In this document: positions 20,087 to 29,525 of the stretch, in pieces | Numbering within the stretch: position 1 is the first letter of the stretch | Layout: the number at the start of each line of letters is the position of its first letter | Source of the DNA: Spirochaetia bacterium | GTDB lineage: Bacteria > Spirochaetota > Spirochaetia > UBA9216 | DNA: 64,000 bases | Direction of reading: 5' to 3' | Assembly (NCBI GenBank): GCA_963675665.1 | Contig: OY776510.1 | Location: 4,256,001-4,320,000 of the forward strand | Position numbers and translations under genes: made by a program | Notes under the pieces: model-generated | What the model was told of the DNA's origin: nothing | The model's input: the letters and a program-made list of their open reading frames with translations, nothing else | Database searches by the model: none

Positions 20087-20120
20087 AAAAAAAAGGACCG
20101 TTTAAAAAAACGGCCCCTTT
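20087..20120 (-). terminator. Intrinsic terminator of the sulfur-relay operon
   Basis: GGACCGTTT/AAACGGCCC stem with flanking A/T runs. Confidence 0.6.
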
Positions 20121-20143
20121 AATAATCATATATACAGCAAAAT

Positions 20144-21082
20144 TTACTGTACTACCGGAAAACCTTCGTTGGCCCAGCCGGTATCGCCTGTTACAGGCGT
20201 TCCCATTCCGCTTTTCAATGATACTGCATCATAACCCAGCAGCCTTAAAATGGCTACAGTTTGTCCGGCAGTCTGTCCTGAATAACAATGAACTACGAAT
20301 GTCTCATCTTTCGGAAGATCGGCAAATTTCTCCTGCATTCCCTGTCCCCATGGAATAAGAATTGCGCCTTCAATATGGCCTGCATCATATGCATCCTGCT
20401 GACGAATCGAAACTATTGTAGTAATTTCTTCGGCGTCATAGGCTTCTTTAACTTTTGCAGCAGGCCAGATATTACTTCCCTTCTCGGGAATATCGTTGAA
20501 ATATGCTTCAACTGCAGCTTTTATATCCGGATCATATTTGACGCCTGACGCATCGGGAGCAGGTGTAGGCTCTGTCGTAATAAAAGCATCTATTCCTTCG
20601 GTCTTTGAGATCCCGAGGTTCCAGCCGTATTTAATAGACTGAGCCTGAATACCGGCAACATTTAAAGCTGCAATAGTCTGACCGGCAGTCTGACCGGAAT
20701 AGCAGTTTACGAATACGGGGATATCATCCGGAAGCCATTCAAGCGCATCCGCAAGAGCCGGTCCCCATGGAGCATTTATAGCGCCTTTAAGGTGTCCTGC
20801 ATCATAGTCAGCTTCTTTTCTAATGTCTACAAGCATGAACTCTTCACCGGCATCCATCATTTCGATTATCTTTTCAGTAGGGATAATCCTGTTTCCGGGA
20901 AAATCTGCGAAATACGCAAGCGCGGCTTCTTCAACTGCATTCACCTTCACTTCAGGCGCCGCAGCTTTTTCAACTACCTTCTCTTCAGCAGCTGCAGGAG
21001 CAGCAGCTTCTTCCTTTGCACATCCGGCTACAAAACCGAATACGAGCGCCAGCATGAGAAGCATTACGATAATTTTTTTCAT
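20144..21082 (-). CDS. Tandem rhodanese-domain lipoprotein
   Basis: Lipobox FVAGC; two GH(L/I)xGA and CYSGQTAG active-site loops. Confidence 0.88.
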   Translation of the reverse strand: MKKIIVMLLMLALVFGFVAGCAKEEAAAPAAAEEKVVEKAAAPEVKVNAVEEAALAYFADFPGNRIIPTEKIIEMMDAGEEFMLVDIRKEADYDAGHLKGAINAPWGPALADALEWLPDDIPVFVNCYSGQTAGQTIAALNVAGIQAQSIKYGWNLGISKTEGIDAFITTEPTPAPDASGVKYDPDIKAAVEAYFNDIPEKGSNIWPAAKVKEAYDAEEITTIVSIRQQDAYDAGHIEGAILIPWGQGMQEKFADLPKDETFVVHCYSGQTAGQTVAILRLLGYDAVSLKSGMGTPVTGDTGWANEGFPVVQ

Positions 21083-21175
21083 TGATAACTCCTTTACAGA
21101 AAATTAATCCTTATAAAAAGGATTATTTATTCCCCCTGAAAAAACAAGGGGAATTAATTCATTTATTCAACTATA

Positions 21176-22093
21176 TTATGATGCGTCCTGAACCTGAATC
21201 TGAACCTGACCGGGAACTTCCGGCTTGTAAACCGGCAGCGAATCGTCTGAACCCCATTCAAGCCATGCTCCATCATAGATCTTCAGATTCCGATATCCGG
21301 CATTATATAAAGCTGCCCAGGTTTGGGCGGCCCTGATAGAACTTTTACAGAACATCACGATCATGTCGTCAGGCATAATTCCGTTATCTTTATAGAGAAT
21401 ACGTATCTGCTGTACAGGTTTATACGTAACATCCGGAAAATCATTTTCCAGATACTCTATATGAACAGCACCCGGAATTGTGCCGTCATTGTATTCTTCA
21501 TCGGTTCTGACATCAATTATTGCATAGTTCTCAGGCGGGTTATTAATCAGCTCAAGAACTCCGGCCTTATCAATCAACATTGACGAATCCAGACTGCCGG
21601 GCTTGTAAGTTGAAGATGATACTTTGGAACTTCCATCCGTTATCGATGCTCCGTCGGCCTTTAAAGCTGAAAGTCCGCCTGAAACAACCTTAATCTGCCC
21701 TTTATGACCATAAATCATAAAAGTCCAGGCAAGACGTCCCGAATCCATATTGTTATTATCATCATAGATGATTATATCTGATTCTTCAGTTATACCGGCC
21801 TTTCCCGCTGCTTCGGCGAGTTGTGAAGCCGGCGCAAGCATGTTTGAAACCTGTCGGGTTACGGTGATGTCTTTTCGCTCAATATTAACTGCGCCGTCAA
21901 CATGTTCCTTCTCATAAGAAGTAGTTTTCTGCGCATCCAGAAGGACCCAGCTGCCGCTTCCGGCAAGCTCGAGTGCTTCATCTGCATCAATGATAAGCAT
22001 CCCGGACTCAGCGTAGTTTCCGTTTCCGCAACTGAAAAGCAGCAGCGCTGCCGAAACAAGAATCAGAATGCTGAATATATTTTTCCTATTCAT
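21176..22093 (-). CDS. Sulfurtransferase (rhodanese/SseA-like) lipoprotein
   Basis: Lipobox LLFSC; HVDGAV, IDVRT..EY, CKSSIRA, YDGAWLEW. Confidence 0.88.
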   Translation of the reverse strand: MNRKNIFSILILVSAALLLFSCGNGNYAESGMLIIDADEALELAGSGSWVLLDAQKTTSYEKEHVDGAVNIERKDITVTRQVSNMLAPASQLAEAAGKAGITEESDIIIYDDNNNMDSGRLAWTFMIYGHKGQIKVVSGGLSALKADGASITDGSSKVSSSTYKPGSLDSSMLIDKAGVLELINNPPENYAIIDVRTDEEYNDGTIPGAVHIEYLENDFPDVTYKPVQQIRILYKDNGIMPDDMIVMFCKSSIRAAQTWAALYNAGYRNLKIYDGAWLEWGSDDSLPVYKPEVPGQVQIQVQDAS

Positions 22094-22105
22094 TTCTGTT
22101 TCCTT

Positions 22106-23332
22106 TTACTCTGCAAGAGTGGATTTTACTTCTTCCGGATCAAAATCCTCATCAAAAACCTTGACGATCTGACCGCCTTTAATAATTGCAAGTTTAGGCA
22201 CTTCTTCTATGTTCATCCTGTTTGAAATACCCTTCGATTTGTATATATCTACTTTGGTAACACCGTGATGCTCTGCAATCTGACGTTCAAGGTCTTCAAC
22301 AAGACTCAAACATTCGCGACAGCCTTCTTCTGATGCATCATATACAAAGACTACACCGTCACGCGCAAGAATCTGGCTGTGATACATTTCTTCTTCTGCA
22401 ATGTATTTTTCAGCCGCATAACCCGCAATTGCCCCGTCGCCTACTGCAGTTGCAACCTGTTTCAGGAACTTGTCAGTTACGTCACCTACAGCAAAAACCC
22501 CTTCGATGTTTGTATTCTTGTTTTCGGTTGTAATTATATAGCCCTTGTCGGTCATCTTTACCTGATCTTTGAAAATCTCGGTGTTGGGTAGATAACCTAT
22601 AAACTCAAAACAGGTCGGGACATTTACAACGATTTCTTTCTTGTTTTTAACATTCTCAAGGACTACACTCTCCAGCCGATCAGAACCTTCGAATCTTTTT
22701 ACAACAGTATTCCAGACAAACTCCATTTTGGGATTTGAAAGAGCTTCAGCTTTAGCTATCTCGTTACAATCCATTTTACCTTCATCATGTATAACTGAAA
22801 CTATAACCTTGTTGGCAAACTTTGTAAGAAACATACCCTCTTCAATCGCTGCATCACCTGATCCGATAATCAACACATCTTTGCCGGTATTTGCCGCAGC
22901 ATCACAAGTCGCGCAAAAACTGATTCCTTTATCAAAAAGATAATCTTCCTCGTTGACTGCGCCTGTAACTCTGGGTCTTCCGCCTGAAGCAATAATAACA
23001 ACCTTACACTTATAGATATTTCTAAAAGTTTCTACAATTTTTACTTCTCCGCTTAAATCAACGGATTTCACATCAGTACCTTTAAACTTTACACCGAATT
23101 TCTTTGCCTGTTTTTCAAAAAGGCTCATCAGCCCCAATCCGGTTGTACCTTCGGGAAATCCCGGATAGTTCTCAATTTCATTTGTATATGTTGCAAGTCC
23201 TCCGACGAGAGCTTTCTCTATCAGCAGCGTCTTCAGTCTTGCTCGTCCGCAATAGATTCCGGCGGTCAATCCGCCGGCGCCCCCGCCGATAATAACTACA
23301 TCATATTCTTCTATCTTCTTTTCTCTGGCCAT
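22106..23332 (-). CDS. trxB: Thioredoxin reductase with C-terminal thioredoxin-like extension
   Basis: GGGAGG, ENYPGF, CATCD, GSGDAAIEE, AVGDGAIA; extra C-terminal domain with CREC; AGGAGG RBS before ATG 23332. Confidence 0.85.
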   Translation of the reverse strand: MAREKKIEEYDVVIIGGGAGGLTAGIYCGRARLKTLLIEKALVGGLATYTNEIENYPGFPEGTTGLGLMSLFEKQAKKFGVKFKGTDVKSVDLSGEVKIVETFRNIYKCKVVIIASGGRPRVTGAVNEEDYLFDKGISFCATCDAAANTGKDVLIIGSGDAAIEEGMFLTKFANKVIVSVIHDEGKMDCNEIAKAEALSNPKMEFVWNTVVKRFEGSDRLESVVLENVKNKKEIVVNVPTCFEFIGYLPNTEIFKDQVKMTDKGYIITTENKNTNIEGVFAVGDVTDKFLKQVATAVGDGAIAGYAAEKYIAEEEMYHSQILARDGVVFVYDASEEGCRECLSLVEDLERQIAEHHGVTKVDIYKSKGISNRMNIEEVPKLAIIKGGQIVKVFDEDFDPEEVKSTLAE

Positions 23333-23333
23333 T

Positions 23334-23535
23334 ATTCCTCCTATTAAAAAGTTCACGCCATGGAAGGCGTATAGTGAAGGGAAGTTTGCATTGGCAAACT
23401 TCAAAATGATAAAACACACGGAGGTGTTTTATCATTCCTCCTATTAAAAAGTTCCCGCCATGGGAGCTGAAAATCAGCCTGGCCGGCGGGTCTGCAAAAG
23501 GAAGTTTATAAAAGGCTCAGCCTTTTATAAACTTC
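23334..23535 (+). repeat. Tandem hairpin repeat elements (copy B and partial copy C) with a 21-bp direct repeat
   Basis: ATTCCTCCTATTAAAAAGTTC at 23334 and 23434; hairpins at 23355-70, 23381-402, 23405-36 and 23501-35. Confidence 0.7.
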
Positions 23536-23570
23536 AGGAACAAATCAAACTGATATATCTAATTTATTCA

Positions 23571-24104
23571 CTACATGAAAAACTTGACAAGAAGCTTGCT
23601 TCCTACCCATGCGCCGAGAAACAGAAATACCGCATATACCCATCCGGATAGAGAAAATGAAGTAATACCGCTGAAAAGCGCGCCTATGTTACAGCCGAAT
23701 CCGATTCGGGCACCGTATCCCATAGCCAGTCCGCCCAAAACAGCTGCGACAACCTGTCTCCACGATTTAATCTTCTTGATTTTAAACTGGGAGGCCATAA
23801 GGGTTGCAAAAAGAGCGCCGAGAATAATCCCGATGTTTCTCATACTGCCGGGATGGTTTAAAAATCCGTTCTCAAGGGTTTTCTGCGCTCCTTCAGAAGC
23901 AAAATAATACCATTTATCAACAGTCCCTCCGACTGCTTCATACAACCAGGCTCCCCAGTTGGCAAGCACTCCTGAGACACCCCAGGGACTGCCGGTAGAA
24001 GCAAGGGTATAGATCTGAAAAACAGATAAAAGAACCGCTCCCGTCAGATAAGGCCAGGCGTCCTTAAACCACATCTTATAGAATTTATTATCTTTAAGAG
24101 CCAT
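23571..24104 (-). CDS. YeeE/YedE (TsuA) sulfur-compound transporter, C-terminal half
   Basis: GGLAMGYGARIGFGCNIGALFSG motif. Confidence 0.88.
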   Translation of the reverse strand: MALKDNKFYKMWFKDAWPYLTGAVLLSVFQIYTLASTGSPWGVSGVLANWGAWLYEAVGGTVDKWYYFASEGAQKTLENGFLNHPGSMRNIGIILGALFATLMASQFKIKKIKSWRQVVAAVLGGLAMGYGARIGFGCNIGALFSGITSFSLSGWVYAVFLFLGAWVGSKLLVKFFM

Positions 24105-24106
24105 AA

Positions 24107-24334
24107 TTAGTTCACTTTCTCAATTACAACTTCCCATTCACCGTCATCAACTTCTTCTATTTCAACGTTGTGACCTTCTTTTCTTGCCCATTCGGGAAGG
24201 TTCTTCATTGCACAGCTGTGATCAATCTGTACAATAAGAATATCACCTGCTTCAAGTTCTTCAATTTTCTTTTCAGCCTTTACCAGAGGTATCGGACAAG
24301 CTTCTCCCAAACAATCGAGTTCATATTCTGCCAT
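24107..24334 (-). CDS. TusA/YeeD family sulfur carrier
   Basis: LDCLGEACPIP (CPxP motif), 75 aa. Confidence 0.9.
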   Translation of the reverse strand: MAEYELDCLGEACPIPLVKAEKKIEELEAGDILIVQIDHSCAMKNLPEWARKEGHNVEIEEVDDGEWEVVIEKVN

Positions 24335-24394
24335 AATTAAAATCTCCTGTATAATTTAAAATTTATTCTGAACGCTTACAGCGTTTGAAAATAT

Positions 24395-25099
24395 CTATGC
24401 GTTTTCTTTATTTTTTCTGTTTTCCCATTTATCTGCTGCAATAAACAGACAAACAATTATCAACAGCTGTACAATAAGTGCTCCCGCCCAGCCGAATACA
24501 TCGGGCAGAAAGACAGCTTTTCCGTTACTGATGACATTAAGTTTCCACCAGCCGAAATCATGTGCTCCCCAAAGCGAACCGACAACAAAAAAGAACAGTG
24601 ATAAAATCTGCATAATGAAGCCTTCTCCGACTCTCATTAATGTACCTGATGCACAACCTCCGGCAATAACCATACCGATTCCGAAGATAAATGCGCCGAT
24701 AACTGTCGAGAAGCTTACAGGGACTACGTACGACTGCCCCGGAACAGGAAGCCCCTGCTGTGCATAACCGTATTTAATTGCCCAGAAACCTATTGAGGTT
24801 AATGCAAACGCAATCAAAACTGCTCTGGTAACGGTCGTACTGCCTGTTAATGACGGATCCCGCATACTTGCTGTAAAGCAAAACCTTGATTTTTGAAGAA
24901 TAAATCCAAAGAACATCCCGGTAAACCAGAAAAGTCCGAGCTTTGGATCCTTTAATGAAAGAAGAATACCCAGAATTATTATTACCACACCGACAATGAT
25001 ACCGACAGGCAATTGATTTTTCTTCTTCCTTCTGGTTCGGGTGCTGCTGGAGCGTCTTATGCTTCCGGTTGAAACATTGCCGTTAGAAGCATCACTCAT
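24395..25099 (-). CDS. YeeE/YedE (TsuA) sulfur-compound transporter, N-terminal half
   Basis: LQKSRFCF and FGIGMVIAGGCASGTL motifs. Confidence 0.88.
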   Translation of the reverse strand: MSDASNGNVSTGSIRRSSSTRTRRKKKNQLPVGIIVGVVIIILGILLSLKDPKLGLFWFTGMFFGFILQKSRFCFTASMRDPSLTGSTTVTRAVLIAFALTSIGFWAIKYGYAQQGLPVPGQSYVVPVSFSTVIGAFIFGIGMVIAGGCASGTLMRVGEGFIMQILSLFFFVVGSLWGAHDFGWWKLNVISNGKAVFLPDVFGWAGALIVQLLIIVCLFIAADKWENRKNKENA

Positions 25100-25139
25100 T
25101 AAATACCCCCTTCTGTAAAATATTAGTTTATTTTTTAGA

Positions 25140-25158
25140 ACTATCTACAATAGATAGT
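25140..25158. promoter_or_regulatory. Inverted repeat ACTATCTA-CAA-TAGATAGT, candidate operator of the sulfur operon
   Basis: 8-3-8 palindrome about 40 bp upstream of the first yeeE. Confidence 0.5.
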
Positions 25159-25286
25159 CAAATCTAACTTCCTTTATATTGACTTATTCTTATAAATATT
25201 CTTTCATACATTATAGGCTAGTTATATTCAGAATGCAATATTAAGGATGTTAAATTATCGATATAAATTGCACTTGACAGGCTGAA

Positions 25287-26954
25287 ATGTCCCAAATAGG
25301 ATTGTGTGTGGAGAAAGATCGAACATTATTTCACAATACGTCGATAAAATATCTTTTTATCTGGACAGTAATTAACCTTAGTTTTTTGGTCATCTTTCCA
25401 TTTGCGCACTCTGACGAGTCCTGGCTTGCAGGGCTCAGCAGGGCTATACTCGCGGAAGGAAATGCTGCCGCGACCGAGCCCTTCTTTAATCTTTTCCCCC
25501 GGGCTCCGCACGCAGTTAAAATTCTGTTTCATATCCTTCAGATTATTTTTATAAAAATATTCGGCTACAGCCTGTTCAGCGTCAGACTTGTTTCATTATT
25601 AACGGGAACAGCCGCTGCCGCGGTTTTCGGACTTCTCTGTAACCGTTTGGATATAGACAGGTTAACCGGCAGAATACTTCTTTCAATACAGATACAGTTT
25701 CTCTATGCATCACATTTCGGCCGTCAGGAAATTCAACTTATTTTATTAATGTTGCTTTCACTGTATGTGCTTTTTTCTTACGACACTGATACCCGTTCGG
25801 TGAATAAAAACGCTGTTCTATTTCGAAAAGGGCTCCTCTCCGGGCTGCCGATATCAGCAGCGATCGGGTTTCATCCCAATGCATTTATTATTGCCTGGCC
25901 CGCCGGGCTGATTATGCTTACTGAAATAATACGGAAAAGGCGCAAAATAATTGAAGGAGCCGGGTTTCTGCTGCTGCCCGCCGCTGCCGCTATTGTAATT
26001 ATAATACTGAGCCTGCAGTTCAACAGCAGCTTCGTTTCAGATTATACCGGGTTCGGTGAAGAAGTCGGGGTGATGGAACCGATTGATATAAAACTTCTCG
26101 GATTTGATGATTTTTACCGGAAATTGTTTCTGCGGATAAGCGGCACCTATTATACGCCCCGAATATGGCCGGTTTTTATACTGGCTGCAGTCTCTGCCGC
26201 AGGCATTATACTGTCAGGTATTTATAACAGTTTAAAATCAAACCGGATGCAAAAAGAGATTAAAACGATATCTGCAAATTCAGCTTTACAGACGGCGATA
26301 ACAGGTATTATCGGTATAAATACAGGCATCATTCTACTGGGAAAATACAGCGCACCTTCGATTATATTTATAATCCCCTTCCTTGTTCTTTTGGTTGCAA
26401 CCGCTCTGCAAAACATCAGAAAAACCTCGCTGCGCCGCGTATTATCTGCAGCAGCCATTCTGTTTCTTTCAGTTAATTCAGTAGTGATGATCCATCATGA
26501 GATATCGGGAAAACGGGAGACATACGCTCAATTTTTAAACAGGATAGAATCAGCGGTCGGACCGCAAGCTGAGGGGGCAAAAGCTGAACAAAGCCGTGTG
26601 CTCGGCCCCCTGTCTGTTGAATTCGCTCTCGATTACGGTCGGCTGCTTGACTGGAGAAACCTGACAGCCCTGCCGGAAATTCAACAAAGCGTCGCTGATT
26701 ATATTAAAGAAAATAATATTGAATACATAATCTATACTGAAGAATATGACGTTATTTACCGCGACAGGCCGGTCTGGAATATTCTTTACGGCAACCCGGT
26801 TAACTACCATGAACAGCTTCAGGTCTTTTTGCGAAACGAATGCGAACTGGTTGATAAATTTGCCAGTCCCGGTTACGGAACACGAATAGTCATGCACCGC
26901 TATAAACAGGACTGGCAGGTTAAGGTTTACAGGGTTATTCAGAACAGCAGGTAG
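25287..26954 (+). CDS. GT-C (ArnT/PMT-like) membrane glycosyltransferase
   Basis: HSDE motif after TM1, FGYSLFSVRLVSL, many TM helices, C-terminal soluble domain. Confidence 0.75.
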   Translation: MSQIGLCVEKDRTLFHNTSIKYLFIWTVINLSFLVIFPFAHSDESWLAGLSRAILAEGNAAATEPFFNLFPRAPHAVKILFHILQIIFIKIFGYSLFSVRLVSLLTGTAAAAVFGLLCNRLDIDRLTGRILLSIQIQFLYASHFGRQEIQLILLMLLSLYVLFSYDTDTRSVNKNAVLFRKGLLSGLPISAAIGFHPNAFIIAWPAGLIMLTEIIRKRRKIIEGAGFLLLPAAAAIVIIILSLQFNSSFVSDYTGFGEEVGVMEPIDIKLLGFDDFYRKLFLRISGTYYTPRIWPVFILAAVSAAGIILSGIYNSLKSNRMQKEIKTISANSALQTAITGIIGINTGIILLGKYSAPSIIFIIPFLVLLVATALQNIRKTSLRRVLSAAAILFLSVNSVVMIHHEISGKRETYAQFLNRIESAVGPQAEGAKAEQSRVLGPLSVEFALDYGRLLDWRNLTALPEIQQSVADYIKENNIEYIIYTEEYDVIYRDRPVWNILYGNPVNYHEQLQVFLRNECELVDKFASPGYGTRIVMHRYKQDWQVKVYRVIQNSR

Positions 26955-27544
26955 ACCAGCCGGGTTATTCCCTTCTCAAGCGCTACCCCTACAGCAGATT
27001 CTTCGCCTATTGTTCGGCTGCGATCCTGCTTTAACGCAACTGCATTAGTTCGCTGGGACGTTTCCGAAACTGTTTCGGCTACATATTCCATTCCGGTTTC
27101 CAAATCCAGTATTCTAAGCTGCATTTTAAGCTGATAAGCCTGCCCGGAAGACGAAGCAGCGCCAATAAAGAATTTCACTGAAGGCTTATCATAAGACATT
27201 ATTTTAAGAGTTGCCAAATAATTTATGCCCGTTTCATCAAATATTCTTTTCTGCAGCTCAATTCTTGCTGCAATTTCTTCATATTCGGCAACATCGGCGT
27301 CCAGACTGCCGATTTGACAGTTTCCGCTCATTATCAGTTCTTCTTCAAGGATAACATTCGCCCTTGAAACCGATAAAGTGTCGGGCAGATTTTCAGGCGT
27401 TGGATACACACTTTTTACTATTGCGATTTTGCTTCCTTCTGCTGAGGCAGGCAGCCTGGCGCTTGCATAATCCGACGGGGTCGAAAGGCACCCCGTCAGA
27501 GAAATGGCCATAACGGTAAACAGAATGACCTTTTTCTTATTCAT
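26939..27544 (-). CDS. Lipoprotein, distant CsgG/TolB-N-like
   Basis: Lipobox LTGC; LRILDLETG motif. Confidence 0.55.
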   Translation of the reverse strand: MNKKKVILFTVMAISLTGCLSTPSDYASARLPASAEGSKIAIVKSVYPTPENLPDTLSVSRANVILEEELIMSGNCQIGSLDADVAEYEEIAARIELQKRIFDETGINYLATLKIMSYDKPSVKFFIGAASSSGQAYQLKMQLRILDLETGMEYVAETVSETSQRTNAVALKQDRSRTIGEESAVGVALEKGITRLVYLLF

Positions 27545-27545
27545 T

Positions 27546-28589
27546 TCAGAACCTGTAGCTTGAACCAAGAGAGATACCTATTGTACCTGCCGAATCAAAA
27601 TCAGTTATGTACTGACCGCCGACTTCCAGATAAAATGAATCAGAAATATAATATGCTACGCTTCCGCCGAAATCAAAAACAAGTGAACTGCCCGATATAA
27701 ACATTCCGTCATTCATGGAAATGCCACCCATGCTTGCAGTTCCCGAACCATATGCTGAAATAAACAGGTCCCGGGTTAATCCTGAAATAATATTCATGCC
27801 AAACGCATAACCGTGCGCCAGAGCGGTTTTATCGATAGTCAGATTATATGCCAGACCGGCTGAGGTCTTGGTAGACTCACTGATATAAAATCCCGCACCG
27901 ACCATAAAGTTGAACCCCATAGAGAATCCGATGTTGTTTAAAATAGAATCATAATAGCCTAGAAGCATTCCCATTCCGATCAGTAGATCTGAAGCATCAC
28001 CTAATTTGCCCATACCGGTATATCCCAGATCAAGTCCGATATCCATGCCGCCGCCTTCAAGTGCATAATCAATCCATGGTTTAATATGAAAATTTAATGC
28101 GGGCTGCTCTCCTGCTATGCCGGCTGCAACATGCAGAACAGAACCGCTTTCAAACATCAGATAGGAAAAATCCGGAACAATTGAAATTACCATTTTCTTT
28201 TTCTCAATTTCTTCTGCATCAGTATTATCTTCAGTAACTTTATCCAGCATTCTTGTTCTTATTGTCGAAGAATTTGCAACTGTGTTATTGATAGTTGAAG
28301 CTATTGCGGAAAAAGACTGAATAACACTTCCTCCGGTGCTCGCAGGATACAGATCTTCAATTATGTCAAGGAGCCATTGTTCATAAGTTCCGTCCATGAA
28401 ATCATCGTATGTAAACGTCCTTGTGTTTTCAAAAAAAGTAATTGTATAAGTCAGGTCATCATTTACAGTAATGGTATAGTCGTAATATTCTCCGGTATAC
28501 GGATGAGGGATCTGTGCAGTATATGTATATGCTGCAAATAAAGACGCCGAAACTGTTATAAAAAGCAGTATTAAAATAATCTTTTTCAT
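27546..28589 (-). CDS. Secreted, probable outer-membrane beta-barrel protein
   Basis: Signal peptide (SLFA), Gly/aromatic alternating strands, C-terminal SYRF. Confidence 0.6.
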   Translation of the reverse strand: MKKIILILLFITVSASLFAAYTYTAQIPHPYTGEYYDYTITVNDDLTYTITFFENTRTFTYDDFMDGTYEQWLLDIIEDLYPASTGGSVIQSFSAIASTINNTVANSSTIRTRMLDKVTEDNTDAEEIEKKKMVISIVPDFSYLMFESGSVLHVAAGIAGEQPALNFHIKPWIDYALEGGGMDIGLDLGYTGMGKLGDASDLLIGMGMLLGYYDSILNNIGFSMGFNFMVGAGFYISESTKTSAGLAYNLTIDKTALAHGYAFGMNIISGLTRDLFISAYGSGTASMGGISMNDGMFISGSSLVFDFGGSVAYYISDSFYLEVGGQYITDFDSAGTIGISLGSSYRF

Positions 28590-28604
28590 TTTTTCTTCCT
28601 TTTT

Positions 28605-29279
28605 CTATTTGATTCTTTCTATTAATTTCAATACAGCCGCACGAACAGCCCGTTCAGTCGATAATCCGACCGTAGACTGATCGAACGGAAGATCCGCGTT
28701 CATCCATATTGACTGGGAAAAAGACGAGGCTTCACCAATACCGGAGGCAGGTATAAATTTTCCGCTTTCAGAATCAAGAAGCCGCAACTGGATCCCTATA
28801 ATTGTTGTCTTTTCTTCCTCAGCCGCTCCGGCAACAACCTTTTCGTTCTGCCTGATTGCAAAATCATATATTTCCGCATAGATAAAATAATCAGGAGTTT
28901 GCAACGTCCCGATCTCAAAATCATCTTCATCAATTGTTATTCCGCTGGCTTTCATTTTCCAGTTTTCGAGTATCTTGTCGCGCATTGATTCTTTTTCCTC
29001 GATGAAACTGAATCGCCCTGATTCATAACAGATGTCAATTATCCTGCTGCACATACCCCACCCGACCCTTTGATCATTGAGTTCAGGATATCTGGTCAGT
29101 GTTTCAGCCGGGATTGAAAACTCAACAATCTGGACATCCAGCGGTTCACCTGAATATGGAGGAAAACTGATCTTTTCAACCGAAGCACCGGCAGCATCCT
29201 TATGAGCTTCTGTTGTTACTGATGCACAACCTGAAAGGACTGGCAAAATGATAAGTAAAATAACAATATTTCGTTTCAT
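28605..29279 (-). CDS. CsgG/HfaB-family lipoprotein
   Basis: Lipobox LSGC; SGRFSFIEE, DYFIYAEIYDF, IQLRLLDSESG. Confidence 0.7.
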   Translation of the reverse strand: MKRNIVILLIILPVLSGCASVTTEAHKDAAGASVEKISFPPYSGEPLDVQIVEFSIPAETLTRYPELNDQRVGWGMCSRIIDICYESGRFSFIEEKESMRDKILENWKMKASGITIDEDDFEIGTLQTPDYFIYAEIYDFAIRQNEKVVAGAAEEEKTTIIGIQLRLLDSESGKFIPASGIGEASSFSQSIWMNADLPFDQSTVGLSTERAVRAAVLKLIERIK

Positions 29280-29384
29280 AATTTTCCACCTAAAACATGC
29301 ATACACATATCATCACAACCTACCGTGATTACCTTTATGCTATATTCTTCGATATGAGTATCATGCAAACGGAACAGACTGTCA

Positions 29385-29489
29385 TCAGTAATATTACTGA
29401 AAACAAATCGGTATTTTTACTGTATTCAGGATTTAAATCAGAACAGGTATTTAAAATGTTTTTGTAAATGATGGCAGTTGAATTACTGC
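29385..29489. promoter_or_regulatory. Three related inverted-repeat boxes (CAGT-N6-ACTG type), candidate LuxR/NarL-HTH binding sites
   Basis: TCAGTAATATTACTGA (29385-400, perfect), TCGGTATTTTTACTGT (29408-23), GCAGTTGAATTACTGC (29474-89). Confidence 0.6.
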
Positions 29490-29525
29490 AACAGGTGCAG
29501 CGTTTACAGACTTTTCAGTATCTGT

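Noticed and set aside
23334-23535. Possible CRISPR mini-array
   Set aside because: Only two direct-repeat copies, structured 'spacers' and no cas genes
20144-25099. Selenocysteine recoding in the YeeE/TusA/rhodanese/TrxR genes
   Set aside because: All catalytic positions are Cys in uninterrupted ORFs
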